64,000 nucleotides of DNA, taken from the NCBI RefSeq assembly GCF_009914755.1, contig NC_060931.1; one strand, written 5' to 3'. Under the pieces are notes generated by a model. The model searched no databases. It was not told where the DNA came from and was given only the letters and a program-made list of their open reading frames with translations. The DNA is from the human T2T-CHM13v2.0 reference genome, Homo sapiens. This document shows positions 13,545-28,529 of this stretch, piece after piece. The position numbers and the translations under genes were made by a program. Numbering within the stretch: position 1 is the first letter of the stretch; each line of letters opens with the position of its first letter.

Positions 13545-13892
13545 AATATGCAATAGGGAGTTATCTGAGTTGGCTCTAAATTCAATGGCACACATCCTCA
13601 CGAGAGACACACACAGTAGAGGGACGCAGAGCAGAGAAGTTGACGTGAAGAGGAAGGGAGTGACCACAGTGATGCGACCAACACTCAGGAAAACCCTGGA
13701 AGTGTTGGCGGCCTCTGTACACCAGAAAAGGCAAGAAAAGTTCTTCCCTAGAACCCTCGGAGGCCATGTAGCCCTCTTGACACCTTGGTGTCAGTCTTCC
13801 AGCTTCTGAAAGTGTGAAAGAATAAATTTCTCCTTTTTAAGCTGCCCCATTTCTGGCAATTTGTTTCAGCAGCCTCCAGAAAGGAATATAGG
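13545..13892 (+). mobile_element. MLT1C/D-type MaLR LTR (5'-truncated)
   Basis: 'ttcttccctagaaccctcggagg', 'tgacaccttg', 'gaataaatttctcctttttaagc', 'aatttgtttcagcagcc'. Confidence 0.8.
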
Positions 13893-13947
13893 TGCTACGT
13901 TAGGAAGCCCAGTTTTGACCAAGGAGTGACAAAGACTCTGCCTTTGT

Positions 13948-14028
13948 TACCTGGAAGTTCAGGAATCCTCAGTTCTTGTCTAGTTTGGGAGAAAGAATTC
14001 CACCAAGAGACAATTAGTAATGTAAGCA
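13948..14028 (-). mobile_element. Short ERV1-type LTR terminal fragment
   Basis: Starts 'tgttac' and contains 'gttcttg...aaagaattccaccaagagaca', like the reverse 3' end of ERV1 LTRs; family uncertain. Confidence 0.4.
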
Positions 14029-14029
14029 C

Positions 14030-15763
<1,734 letters not shown>

Positions 15764-15769
15764 TCCAGT

Positions 15770-16443
15770 GTCTGTCCTTGTCAGGCCCGCATCACCCAGG
15801 TTTAAAAGATCCTGCTAAGTCACTTTATGAAGTATCCACACCTATGATAACTACATTGCCCTGGATATTGGGTCAAATTCCTCATCCCCCAAATTGTGTC
15901 TGATCACCCTGGCCTGCCTACAGCAAGAATCCTTTCAGATTTGTTTAGCCAGAATCCTACTCACCCCTGATTTTCCTCTTGGTCATTTTCTGTCCCATGA
16001 CCCCTATCCTGCTCCTTGGCTGTATATCCCAATGTTTCCTTTTGTATTTGAGGAAATCCCTATGCTCATCTCTGTGGTTCTGAGGAAAGTCTTGCTATCT
16101 TTTTTTTTTTTTTTTTTTGAGACAGAGTCTCGCTCTGTTGCCCAGGCTGGAGGGCAGTGGTGTGATCTCAGCTCGCTGCAACCTCCACCTGCTAGGCTCA
16201 AGTGATTCTTCTGCCTCAGCCTCCTGAGTTGCTGGGATTACAGGTGCCTGCCACCAGGCCGGGCTAATTTTTGTATTTTTAGTAGAGACAGGGTTTCACC
16301 ATGTTGGTCAGGCTGGTGCTGAACTCCTGATCTCAGGTGATCTGCCTGCCTGAGCCTCCCAAAGTGCTGTGATTACAGGCATGAGCCACCATGCCCGGCC
16401 TTCCTGACTTAACAAGAGTCAGAATAATTGTTTCTTTCTTTAA
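15770..16443 (+). mobile_element. MER31-like ERV1 LTR (3' portion), interrupted by Alu
   Basis: 'tgatcaccctggcctgcctacagcaagaatcc', 'tttagccagaatcc', 'cctgctccttggct', ends 'aacaagagtcagaataattgtttctttc'. Confidence 0.75.
16100..16400 (-). mobile_element. AluSx/Sz-like, full length
   Basis: Poly-T plus dimer, 'ctcaggtgatctgcc'; no clean TSD. Confidence 0.95.
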
Positions 16444-16489
16444 TAGAAGATAAATGGGCTTTTATAGCATAAACGATAGTGATGATGAT

Positions 16490-16678
16490 GGACAATTCTT
16501 TGAGGCTCATTGTGTGTCAGATGCTTTTCTTGGTGCTTTCTATGTTACTTTTTTTTTTTTTTCTAACTGCAGTCTTTTGATGCAGGCCCTCCTGTCTTCC
16601 TTCTCTATCTTCCTTCTCCAGATAGCAAAACTAAGGAAAAGAGAAGTTGGGTAGCTGTCCAGGGTTATACAGCTGAAC
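16490..16678 (-). mobile_element. MIR
   Basis: 'ttgaggctcattgtgtgtcag...cagatagcaaaactaagg...agagaagtt...tccagggttatacagct'. Confidence 0.6.
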
Positions 16679-17247
16679 AAAATTACATTAAATTAAGTTA
16701 TGGTCTTATAATCCAGGGATAGTAGCATATAAAAATATTATTTAAAACTATCTTAAAAATGACGGTAATAATTCTTTGTATGTGATGATAATGTTATTAA
16801 CATTTGTTTTATTAATGTTAGAAATACAAAAATGCTATACCTAATAAAAAGTTAAACAAGCAATATACAATATCTCTATAAAAACTTATTTTAGCTGCTC
16901 CATTTTAAATTATGTATACTAAATATTTCTCCTTACAGGTATCTCTTTCAGACTGACATATTTTCTTACAAAACTTTTTAAAAATTGTGTTTACTGACAG
17001 GTTGTAGAAATCATTGTCTACTTGGATTAGAGTCCTTTAGGGAGAAGAGTAAAATTGTTTTTAGACTTAAAACCATCACTAGTAAAAAATAGAAAAATTT
17101 ATGTAAAACTAATTTTTGCTACTGACCTTTGTCATTGATATGCACAATAAAAACACTTAAAGACAATTATTCTTCCCTGTATTGACTGCATTTAAAATGG
17201 ATTAACATTTGCAGTAAATGTGCATGAGGAATTTGTCATAAACTCTA

Positions 17248-17861
17248 TGTTAGAAATAGAGCTTGGAGTCATAAGGAAAATGAACACTCAGACAAAGGGT
17301 TTCTCAGCAAAGCAAATTTCCTTCTGCGCAGAGGGGTGCATCCCATATGGCCAGTCACCAGGAGACTGATGACACCAGGAGACACTCAGAACAAAGAGAG
17401 TGAAAGTTTTTATTCCTGACGCAAATTCTGCCCCTGTGCCCTTTCCCCATTGGCTGGGGTTGGACCTCATGATCTAAGCTAGACCCGATTGTCTAAATAT
17501 TTAAACTTTTTTTTTTTTAGATAAGGTGGGCACATAAGGGAGAGAAGGGAGAGGGGGAAGGGGTTGTCTGTGGCAAGCTACAGAGTCAGTCTTTTCCCCA
17601 ATAAGGAAAGGAATGTGAGCCTGTGCTGATAACAACACTGGTGCTGTGGCATGCCTGGCCATGTAGTAATAGCAGAGAGAAGAGAAGAGAAGAGAAGAGA
17701 AGAGAAGAGAAGAGAAGAGAAGAGAAGAGAAGAGAAAAAGAGAGAGGGAGAGGGAGGGAGGGAGGGAGGAAGGAAGGGGAAAGACAAGGGGAGAGGTACT
17801 TCAAATTAAAGAGTGAAGGACTGATCAGGCTGTTTGAAGAGAAACTTTGCCATATCTCACA
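17248..17861 (-). mobile_element. Solo LTR10-family LTR (LTR10C-like, HERV-I)
   Basis: TG...CA ends; reverse start 'tgtgagatatggcaaagtttctcttcaaacagcctgatca'; near-TSD ctcta / cttta. Confidence 0.75.
17675..17776. repeat. (GAGAA)n plus (GGGA)n polypurine tract inside LTR10
   Basis: Directly visible. Confidence 0.95.
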
Positions 17862-19037
17862 CTTTATCATCCTTAAGGTGAGGATATTATGTTATTAATA
17901 CCTTATAATAAGGTATAGATTATAAAAGTTGGTGAATTTAGTATTAAAAGCTCTGGCACTCAAAACCTCAGTGTACAGCAAGCGGAAGGAATGGGCTGAA
18001 GAAGCAGAGAGTACCTCAGATGACACCGTGTCCCTGGTCTCTGTGCTTAAAAAGTTAGGACCTAAGGAAGGGGCAATGCATTTCCTGGGGCACAACGGGG
18101 GAGTCTGGGAAACAGGCTATGCTAAAAAGTGGGCAGGGTACGAGCTGGTCTTATTACAAACATTTCTCAGGCACAGCCCTTTGGGGGTCTGTTGAGCTCT
18201 GTCTGCAAGGCAGATCTGTCCACAAAGTCCAGGCCGGAACGTACTGATTCTTCAGCTGTCCAGGCCAAGGGCTTTCCTGAAACTAACTCTGAGATGAATG
18301 GTGGAAATGGAGGAGCCTTCAGTTCTTCTTGTACCTCCTGCTGAATGTAGACACTAGCTGGGCATGCAAAACAAGAACAATTACTACTAAGGGTCCTCAA
18401 CAAAGAGGTTATCTAATGTTAGATTTGGGATCACATAGACAGAAGCCACGTGCTAACCAGCTCTGAAATAGTTAAACCAAACTAAAACAAAAACGATCAG
18501 TGACCCCCACAAAGCACTTATAAGAAGCCACACATCTGGACAGCTTCCTTGGTTGATGCCTGTCAATATCACATCCCAAACACAGTGATGCTAATAGAAA
18601 TTTCAACCAGAAAAATCCCCAAAAATAGCATTTGTAATTTATGTCTGTGTTTACAGTACCTTTGCAAGAGAATACAGAAATAAAAAATGTCGTGGCTTTA
18701 TTAGTGCTCATATTTGAATACCTGTGTTAAAAGCTTCCATGCAATAACTTGTAACTACACTTTGTGATTTACTGAAAGTTTAAACCTTGGGTGGTGGTTC
18801 CCAAATTGTCAAGATATTACTTATATCAGGCATTATCTTTAAACAACATAAATATAAATATGTCACTGAAATATGCTAATTCTGTATGTGTGCACATGTG
18901 TGTTTTGAAAGATATAGCAAAAATACGGTCCCTCAAAATATTGCATCTTGAACTTTTAATACAAGTTTGAAAAAAATATGGATATTACTTCGCTGACCTC
19001 CTTAGCTGACTTTTAAAATTAGTTCTAGTTTACTATC

Positions 19038-19419
19038 TTTCACTTGCGTCCGTGTGAAGAGACCACCAAACAGGCTTTGTGTGAGCAACAAGGCTGTTTA
19101 TTTCACCTGCAGGCGGGCTGAGTCCGAAAAGAGAGTCAGCGAAAGGTGACAGGGGTGGGGCCGTTTTATAGGATTTGGGTAGGTAGTGGAAAATTACAGT
19201 CAGAGGGTTGTTCTCTGGTGGGCAGGGGTGGGGGTCACAAGGTGCTCAGTGGGGGAGCTTCTGAGCCAGGAGAAGGAATTTCACAAGGTAATGTCATCAG
19301 TTAAGGCAGGAACAGGCCATTTTCACTTTTGTGATTCTTCAGTTACTTCAGGCCACCTGGATGTATACGTGGAGGTCACAGGGGATATGATGGCTTAGCT
19401 TGGGCTCAGAGGCCTGACG
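19038..19419 (-). mobile_element. Solo LTR7 (HERV-H LTR)
   Basis: Reverse strand reads 'gtcaggcctctgagcccaagctaagccatcatatcccctgtgacc...cacacggacgcaagtgaaa'; exact 5-bp TSD ctatc at 19033-19037 and 19420-19424. Confidence 0.95.
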
Positions 19420-20502
19420 CTATCAAGATTAAAATATCTATATTTATTGAAAGGTTTTTTACACAATTGAGGGGTTTTTTTTTAAATATTTTGAGATTCT
19501 ACATATACAAATGTGCATACAATCTATATAAACAATCCAAAGAAAAATTATGTTGCTAACATCAGTGTAACCATTATTTGAAGAATATGCTCTTAATAAT
19601 GTGATTAATACTGAAACAGTGTCAAAGTGGTTGAAAGTGTTTTGTACATGATCTACATATTTAGATTTTTAAGTTAGTACTTTTAAATTATGAGAAAATA
19701 GTGGTGTTTTACATGACTCTTCAAAATGAATGAATTTATCTTCATAAACCTCAAAATATAATTTTTATTTTTTCTGTGTTTTGATTAATTTAAAAATTCT
19801 CCACTTACACATGTAATGTTTCCCCATATCATTATAAAAACAGATTTTATTCCAATATCTTTAAGAAAGTAATCTGAGTTTTATTCCCATAAAGAATCTT
19901 TCTCTATGTAGGAAACAATATTTTCATTCAGTTTTTCAACTGCAAAAACAGATTAAAAAAGACAATTGATTAATCTAAATATAAGATATCACAGAAATAT
20001 TCCTTGGGTATCTAAAAAGAACAATCTATATGTAATATAAATAACAAGAATAGGCAATTAGAATAATGAATATATTATTTTACTACCTAATACATAAATT
20101 CATAAAATGCTGGCATTTGCAAATGAGAAATTTAGATAGATACTATTTCATTTATGTTTTAATTATCTGCAAAATATAGATAGATTTACATTTTATAATA
20201 AAAATATAACACTTTATATTATAAATATATTTATGTCATTTTCACTAATTATCATATAAAACAAATTACAAAAAATTAATTCCAGAGTATTAATACCATG
20301 TGTGAAATTTAAATGTGCAAGTTTTGCAGCATATTCTTCCCAGATTTCTCTTGGGTATGGAGAACAATTTCCGTCCAAAAATCCAGGCTATGAGAGAAAG
20401 AGAAACTTCATCAGAAACTCCACGGACAAACCCTTACTATGACTCTCCTGAAACCATCACATGTTTATTTATAATATTACCTTTGAAGAATTATATTTAT
20501 TG

Positions 20503-21300
20503 ATTTTTATTTTTCATTTTTTTATTTTGAAATAATTTTAGATTTATAGAGTTGCAAATAAAGTCTAGAGTCCTCGTATATCCCTTACTCAGCTTCCCCA
20601 CAATGTTAACATATAACAAATTATGGTCTGTTTATCAACACTAAGCAATTAGCATTGGTACAGTATTACTACCTGAAATAAAGATTTACCCAGATTTTGC
20701 AAAATCTCTGATGTTTCTCTTCCAGGATTCATCCAAGATCCCATATTACCTTGAGTTGCTTCTATCTCCTTAGTCTCCTTTCATGTATGACCCTTTCCCA
20801 GTCTTTCCTTAGCTTTCGTGACCTTGAAACTTTTGAGGAGTGATGGTCAGATATTTTGTAGAATGTCTCCCAATTTGGGTTTGCCTAATGTTTTCTCATG
20901 ACTAGACTGGGTTTGTGGTTTTTTGGTCAGCTTACCACAGAGATGGTGACTTTCTATTTCCATCATTCCTCCCATAATTACTGTTTGATATTCTTCTATA
21001 AGAAAGATGTGCCCTTTTCCCCCCACTTATCATTTATGCTATGGTTTACTTATATCAGCATAGCTTCACAAATATGGGTTGTACTCTTTGTGTTAAAATC
21101 CAGTAGTATCACGATTTGGTAACTAAGCTCTTTCAGGTTGGCTCCTCTGTCATTTTGAATGCATTGATCTTTTATTTTTTCTCTCTCTGTCTTTTTTAAA
21201 CACTTCTTTTCTTGGTGTTTAAAAAACACCTTTTCTTGGCTCCAGTTTCATCTTGCATTTCCTCTGCCCCTGCAGTAGAATCAGTCATTTCTCCAAGGAA
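20503..21300 (-). mobile_element. L1MC/MD-type 3' end
   Basis: 'ttttattttgaaataattttagatttatagagttgcaaa', 'ctccttagtctcct', 'tgaccttgaaacttttgaggagt', 'atattttgtagaatgtc'. Confidence 0.8.
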
Positions 21301-22423
21301 GTGACACATTGGACTCTGTAAGAATTGTAATGAGAGCTGTTGTATAGACCTGTTAGAGGATGTGAAGAAAACAAAACTCTAGGTTCAAAGAAAAATAAGC
21401 AAATCTAAAATAATTGACAGCATTCCCTCTGGATAATAGGATGGGAAGTCAGCGGGGAAAATGAAGACCAAGCTGTTTTCTTTTCCCCTTCTCTTCTCCT
21501 TCTCCTTCCCCTCCTACTCTTTGTCTTTCTTCTTAATGATTGATTTCTACTTTAACTGCACTTTCATCAGGTGTCATACTCTATGTGATTTCAATCTTGT
21601 CTATTTGTCAAGGCTTGCTTTGTTATTCAACATGGTCAATTGTGCACTTGAAAACAAGGTGTATTCTACAGTTTGGGGGCATAGTGCTGCTTGAATATCA
21701 ATGAGTGTGCTTTTGAAATCATGCTATGTAAGTCCTTAGTGCTTGAAATTGCTATTGGATTGGACTATTTGATATTGAGAGAAACATGAAAATCCCTTAG
21801 TACAGTTAGGATTTAAAAAAATATTTCCTTTGAGGTTTATAGATTACCTCTTTCTGTAGTGTGAAGCTTGTTATCAGGTGCACACAAAATTTACAACAGT
21901 TATATCTGTCTGGTGATTTCAAACATTATTATTATAATGTTCAACTTTATCTCTAATAATGCATAATAACATCTACTTTGTTTGATCTTTGTGTAGTATA
22001 TTATTATGGTACATCCAGAACTTATTTATTTATTTTTTGGTTTATGCTCTTGTGTTTTTCTTATATATCGATTTCCATTCTTTCACTTCCACCATCTCTA
22101 TATCCTTATAAATTTAGGTATTTCTTTAAAGCAGTACATGATTTTTAAAAAATCTAGTCTGATAATCTTAGTTTTTATATTTAATGTGAGACTTGATATT
22201 TTTGTGTTTAATATACTTTCTTCACATTTGTTTTTCTTTTACTTCTTCCGAATATTCTGTTTCTATTTCTGTTACTTACGACCTTCTTTTGAGGTGACAG
22301 AGTATTGTTTGTAATTCTAATGTTTATCTCTGGTATATTAGAAATTACACTCTTTTCAAATATTACTTCATGTGTTACCCTGGAGATTCCAACATGAACC
22401 TCTGACTTAACAAATCCTAATGA

Positions 22424-22818
<395 letters not shown>

Positions 22819-23175
22819 TCCACTTTTGTTTCTTCTTATTTTTTCCAGCATCTCTGACCTTCCATGTGGTGATTTCAAGTACATCATGTCACGTCAGTCT
22901 TACATGGTTTCCATTAAGAAGTCAGGTGTCAGTTTAATTTTTGGTAATGTATTATTTGTGAAGTTATATTTTTTGCACCCCCTCAACACTTTTATTTCTA
23001 AGTGAATAGATATAATTTTCTTTTTATTTGTCCAGCCTGGGATTTATATAGTAATCCCCATGTCTGTGAATTCTGCCTGCACTCTCTCCTCTTCTTCAGG
23101 AACACCAATTACATGTACTTTAGACCCCTCACTGGTACCCTGTGTCTCTGATGCTTTTTCCTGTATTCATCATTC

Positions 23176-23488
<313 letters not shown>

Positions 23489-23739
23489 ATGATAATAGTT
23501 TTATCTGGATGCTCTGTGAGTGTGCTCTCATTTTACGTTATTCTTATTTGAATATCATATCATCTTACCTCCTCCAATTTCTGGTTATGCATCATTTTTG
23601 CTGGTCAATGACTATTAAGATTTTATAAATTATTTGCAACCTTAGATGATATTTTCCTTTAGAGATTAGCTTTCCTTTCAGGAGTTAATCAGGAACTCTG
23701 GTGAACTGATCTCATCTTAATTTAATCAAGAATTCAGTT

Positions 23740-24540
23740 TTTTTCCTCCAATTTTTTCTACTGTGGTAAGAGACACATACTATACAATTTATCATGTTAG
23801 CCATTTTTAAGTGTATTAGGGGGTATTAAATACATGTGTAATGTTGTACAGCCATTGCCACTATTCACCTCCAGAGCGCTTTTCATCCTGGAAAACTGAA
23901 ACTCCATACTCAACAACCAACGACTCCCCCCATTCTCCCTTCCCCACTTGCTCCTAAGTTTTTTTTTTTAATTTTATTATTATTATTTTACTTTAAGTTT
24001 TAGGGTACATGTGCACAATGTGCAGGTTTGTTACATATGTATACATGTGCCATGTTGGTGTGCTGCACCCATTAACTGGTCATTTAGTATTAGGTATATC
24101 TCCTAATGCTATCCCTCCCCCCTTCCCCCACCCCACAACCGTCCCCAGTGTGTGATGTTCCCCTTCCTGTGTCTGTGTGTTCTCATTGTTCAATTCCCAC
24201 CTGAGTGAGAACATGCAGTGTTTGGTTTTTTGTCCTTGGAACCAACCCAAATGTCCAACAAGGATAGACTGGATTAAGAAAATGTGGCACATATACACCA
24301 GGGAATACTATGCAGCCATAAAAAATGATGAGTTCATGTCCTTTGTATGGACATGGATGAAGCTGGAAACCATCATTCTCAGCAAACTATAGCGCCTAAT
24401 TTTTGACTACTGCTCTGCTTTCTGGTTCAGTGAGTCTGACTGCTTATATAATGGAAGCTGTCTTTTTGTGACTGGGTTATTCACTTAGCATAGCATCCTT
24501 CAGATTCATTCATGTTGTAGTATATGAAAGAATTTCCTTG
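23740..24540 (-). mobile_element. L1MB/MA 3' end, interrupted by L1PA
   Basis: 'gccatttttaagtgta', 'aaactgaaactccatactca', resumes 'ctttttgtgactgggttattcacttagcata'. Confidence 0.75.
23959..24393 (-). mobile_element. Short L1PA3/4-like insertion with 5' inversion (twin priming)
   Basis: Minus-strand 3' UTR 23959-24238 joined to plus-strand ORF2 end 24235-24393; near-TSD cctaa(g/t)tttt. Confidence 0.92.
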
Positions 24541-24949
24541 AGATGTGAGTTTAGTTCATTTTGGCCTGACCTAAAGTCCTGGGAAGGGTTAGCAGATCTC
24601 CCTCAGCAGGCTGGAGCTCCTGAAGGTATCGCCCTACCCTTGTGGGTTTGTCCAAAGTTCTGATGTGCTCCTCAGCTTCTCAGTGTCCTTCCTGAAATCA
24701 GCATGTGCATTGAGGAAGTGGCCAAATAACCACCACAGCTATCTTCCAGCAGATTATTTTCTTAAATATTTTGCGTATGTTTTCTAAACTCATTTGAAAT
24801 TTAATTTCTAATATCGTCTTCTGATGCTGTGTGAAAGGTTGGACCACTTGGGTCTTTATTGATGGAAGTAAATCAATTAGTGCATTATAAGAAACATAGT
24901 TTTTATTATGAGGTAAACCAATTTGTTGGCCTTTTCCTTCTAGGTGGCA

Positions 24950-25247
24950 TTTATTTTTTTTCTTTTTGAGATGGAGTCTTGCACTGTCGCCCAGGGTAGA
25001 GGGCAATGGCGTGATCTCGGCTCACTGCAACCTCTGCCTCCGGAGTTCATGTGAGTCTCCTGCCTCAGCCTCTCGAGTAGCTGAGATTGCAGGCGCATAC
25101 CACCACACTGGCTAATTTTTTGTATTTTTGGTAGAGATGGGGTTACACTATGTTGGCCAGACTGGTCTCAAATACCTGACCTGGTGATCCGCCCTCCTCA
25201 GCCTCCCAAAGTGTTGGGATTACAGGCGTGAGCCATCATGCCCAGCC
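24950..25247 (-). mobile_element. AluS (Sg4-like)
   Basis: 'ttggccagactggtctc'; TSD ctaggtggcattt / ctaggtgacatct. Confidence 0.93.
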
Positions 25248-25472
25248 CTAGGTGACATCTTCAAGGCATTATATCAACTTATTTCCAAATAGTAATGTGC
25301 AAATTTATAATATGTTCATTATTAATGCAATAGATTGATCTGAATTAGTTGACTTTTAACTTTTCTCTGGCATTTCCAGACAATAAATTATTAGAGGTGC
25401 TAGCATTCTAACATCCTGTAGACTGATAGACCCTAAAAATAAACTAACATGTTTACATCTTGAAAGGAATAT

Positions 25473-25898
25473 TTTATAGTTTGGATGTTTGTCACCCTGA
25501 AACCTCATGTTGAAATGTGATCCCCAGTGTTGGAAGTATGTCCTGGTGCGGGATGTTTGGGCCATGGGGTGAATCCCTCATAAATGTCTTGGTGCAAGCC
25601 TCAAGGAATGAGTGAGTTCTCTCTATTAGTTCCCAACAGCTAGTTGTTAAAAACAGCCTGGCACCTCCCTACTCTCTCTCTTGCTTTCTCTTTTGCCCTG
25701 TGACCTCTGCACCTGCCAGCTCCCCTTCGCCTTCTGCCGTGGGTGGAAGCAGCCTGAGGAGGCTGAGGCTCTCTCCAGATGCAGACGTGGCCATGCCTCT
25801 TGTACAGCCTGCAAAATCAAGAGCCAATAACCCTCTTTTCTTTATGACTAACCCAGCCTCAGGTATTTCTTTCTAGCAATATTAAATAGACTAAGACA
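25473..25898 (+). mobile_element. MSTB-type MaLR solo LTR
   Basis: 'tatagtttggatgtttgtc', 'ctcatgttgaaatgtgatcccca', 'ttgtacagcctgca', ends 'gactaagaca'. Confidence 0.9.
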
Positions 25899-26984
25899 AA
25901 TACTACTGACTGCCATATGCTTCCATTCTTTTTTTTTTTTTTTCTTTTTAAGAACTCGCATGTGGTAGAAACTGCTGTGATTTCTCTTCTGGTTTTGTTT
26001 ACAGAGGTGCCAGAAGAGATCACTGACTGACCCTCAGCTTTTGTTAAGTAAGTTACTCTATTCTCTGCTTTCTAGTTGGTAACTGTAGCAATAGTGAGGT
26101 CAGGAAGAGGCTATTTATCACACTACTTTTCCAATTCATAGGGTGATTCTAAAATGACCAAAAGTTAGATTTCTAGCTTTTTTAACATAATTTTGTTTAG
26201 CTTTTAACTCCCAAAGTGTAAGACTAGTCCTCCATTGTTGAAGTAAGAGCTTCATAGTATCTTTCAGCATTATTCTTTAAATACTTATATTGCTTAACTT
26301 GCTAATAGATATTATATTTCAGATCATTCCAGGCCTCCAAAAGGAAGTAGCATTTACTATCCTGAAACACACATTTCTTCTCAATCTATTGCAAGTTCTA
26401 AGTATCTCACTTACTAAGTGTCTTCCATATAGGTTTCTCTTCTTGAATCTATTAATAAGGAAATGCACTGAAATGACTTAAAATTGGCCATTTTAAATCT
26501 AAAACGTATGCCGCAGTGTGGCCTAATTGAAATATTTAGCATTTATTCATGCTAGTTTTTCTTAACACTCAATTTTTTTGTAAGGCATTCTAATTTTTCT
26601 TTCATTCCAGTCAAATAAAATTACAACCAACCAAGCCATGGTATTTACAGTATCATTGCTTGTAAATACTTGGAAATATGTTAAAATAACAACTAATATA
26701 TATATTATATATTAATTCTAAGATAAGTATATATTGGATATGTATATATCATAGAAATTGTCATTTATAAGATCAAAGTAGTCATCAATTTCTATTTTCA
26801 AATAATGGTAAGTAAAACTAGGTCCTCTGTATAGACAATAGAATAAAATATGCAGCTAAAATATATAAAAATTGAAGTACTGATGAGATAATTTCCTGTT
26901 TTCTAAAGGAAGTATTACTTATTGTGAGTCATTTATTTCTTAAAAATAGATCTCAAAACTTGCTTTTCCATCAAGGTGCACTTT

Positions 26985-27322
26985 CCTCAGCTGAGTCTGG
27001 GCACAGTCACTTCCCACCTAGATTACATCAGTAGACTCCTAAATCCTCACCCTGATTATTCACTTGTCATCCTCACCCAATCAGACTGCAAACAGATGTG
27101 AAAGTGATTTTTATAAAAATAAGTCAAACGAAGCCACTCTCTGATTAGAACCCTGCAGTGACACAGGGACTTGTGCAGCGTGATCTGCTGGCACCCATTC
27201 TCCACCCCTCCTGTGTGGCTCTGCCATGAATTTCATGTGTGCACCTCCAGCCTTCTTTCCACATCGTCACTACTGTGCAGCAGAAAACAACAGTGGTCAT
27301 GTCTGTTGTTTTCAAAATGCCA
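26985..27322 (+). mobile_element. L2 fragment
   Basis: 'cacctagattac...ctcctaa', 'aaagtgattttt...aagtcaaa...ccactctctgattagaaccctgcagtg'. Confidence 0.55.
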
Positions 27323-27325
27323 CTC

Positions 27326-27632
<307 letters not shown>

Positions 27633-27899
27633 TCAAGAATTATAAGCAAACAAAGCATTTAACCCTACAGAGAGAGTGGGGAAAAGTTTACAAAGAGAAC
27701 TGGTTTGATACAGTTTCAATCGGGAGCATCTTCCTACTGGAGAAAGGGAAACACAATCAGAGTAAATGACTGCTCGGAGTTCCTGCACCATGTAGTTTTT
27801 AGAGTTCAATTTTTCTTCAGCTAATTCATCACAAGGATTTTGAAATTTAAGATAAAAAATGAAGAAAATAAGTAATGAGAGATTTAAGTTAATTAAGTA

Positions 27900-28410
27900 A
27901 TAATAATACCAGTCAACAGTTATTTGGTTTTTACCCTGTTATCAGGCTTTGCTGTAAATGCTCTGTGTGTATCAGTTCGTTTAATTCTCTCACCATCCCT
28001 GTGAGGCGGACTTGCGCTAGTTATTTATCTGCGGTCTCTCAGCTTTGGGGCCATCCTATACTATATGTGCTTTGATGCGTGTCCTGGGAATTTGTGTATT
28101 TCTCACACCCCTTCACCTATTGGCTTTTTGTTTAGGTTCTGCCAGTTGGAGGCCCTTTATTCCCCAAATTCTATGGGGCATACCTGCTTCTTGAGGATAT
28201 TAATCTCACTTCCCTTTAGCATTATTGGCTTATTGATTTTTCAGCTTTCCCATAACTGAATGACCAATTTCCAATGTTAGATTTCCTAAGTGAAATACCC
28301 AGAGTGGTTTCTGTTGACTGTAACCTAACTTTTGCAGTATTATCCTCATTTCCATTTTACTGATGAGAAAATTTAAGCACAAAAGTGTTAAGTAAATTTC
28401 CCAGAGTCAT
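27900..28410 (-). mobile_element. MIR split by an LTR33-like insertion
   Basis: 'tttaattctctcaccatccctgtgagg' (to ~28006) resumes 'tattatcctcatttccattttactgatgagaaaa...gttaagtaa' (from ~28338). Confidence 0.65.
28010..28332 (+). mobile_element. LTR33-like ERVL LTR
   Basis: 'ttaggttctgccagttggagg' and 'aatacccagagtggtttctgtt' match recalled LTR33 motifs. Confidence 0.55.
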
Positions 28411-28529
28411 AAGCATATTTATAATATATATATAGCTTTTAAGGAATGTTAGAAATAGTATATAATTAATTATATATATATATGCATATTTTTTTCTCAT
28501 CTGCAGCAATATAAAACATGTTTTTATAA

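Noticed and set aside
17248-17861. LTR10 as the 3' LTR of the HERV-I relic at 14030-15763
   Set aside because: It is in the opposite orientation, 1.5 kb away, and has its own near-TSD, so it is an independent solo LTR.
17578-17898. REEKR / FSSLL repeat ORFs
   Set aside because: Translations of the (GAGAA)n microsatellite.
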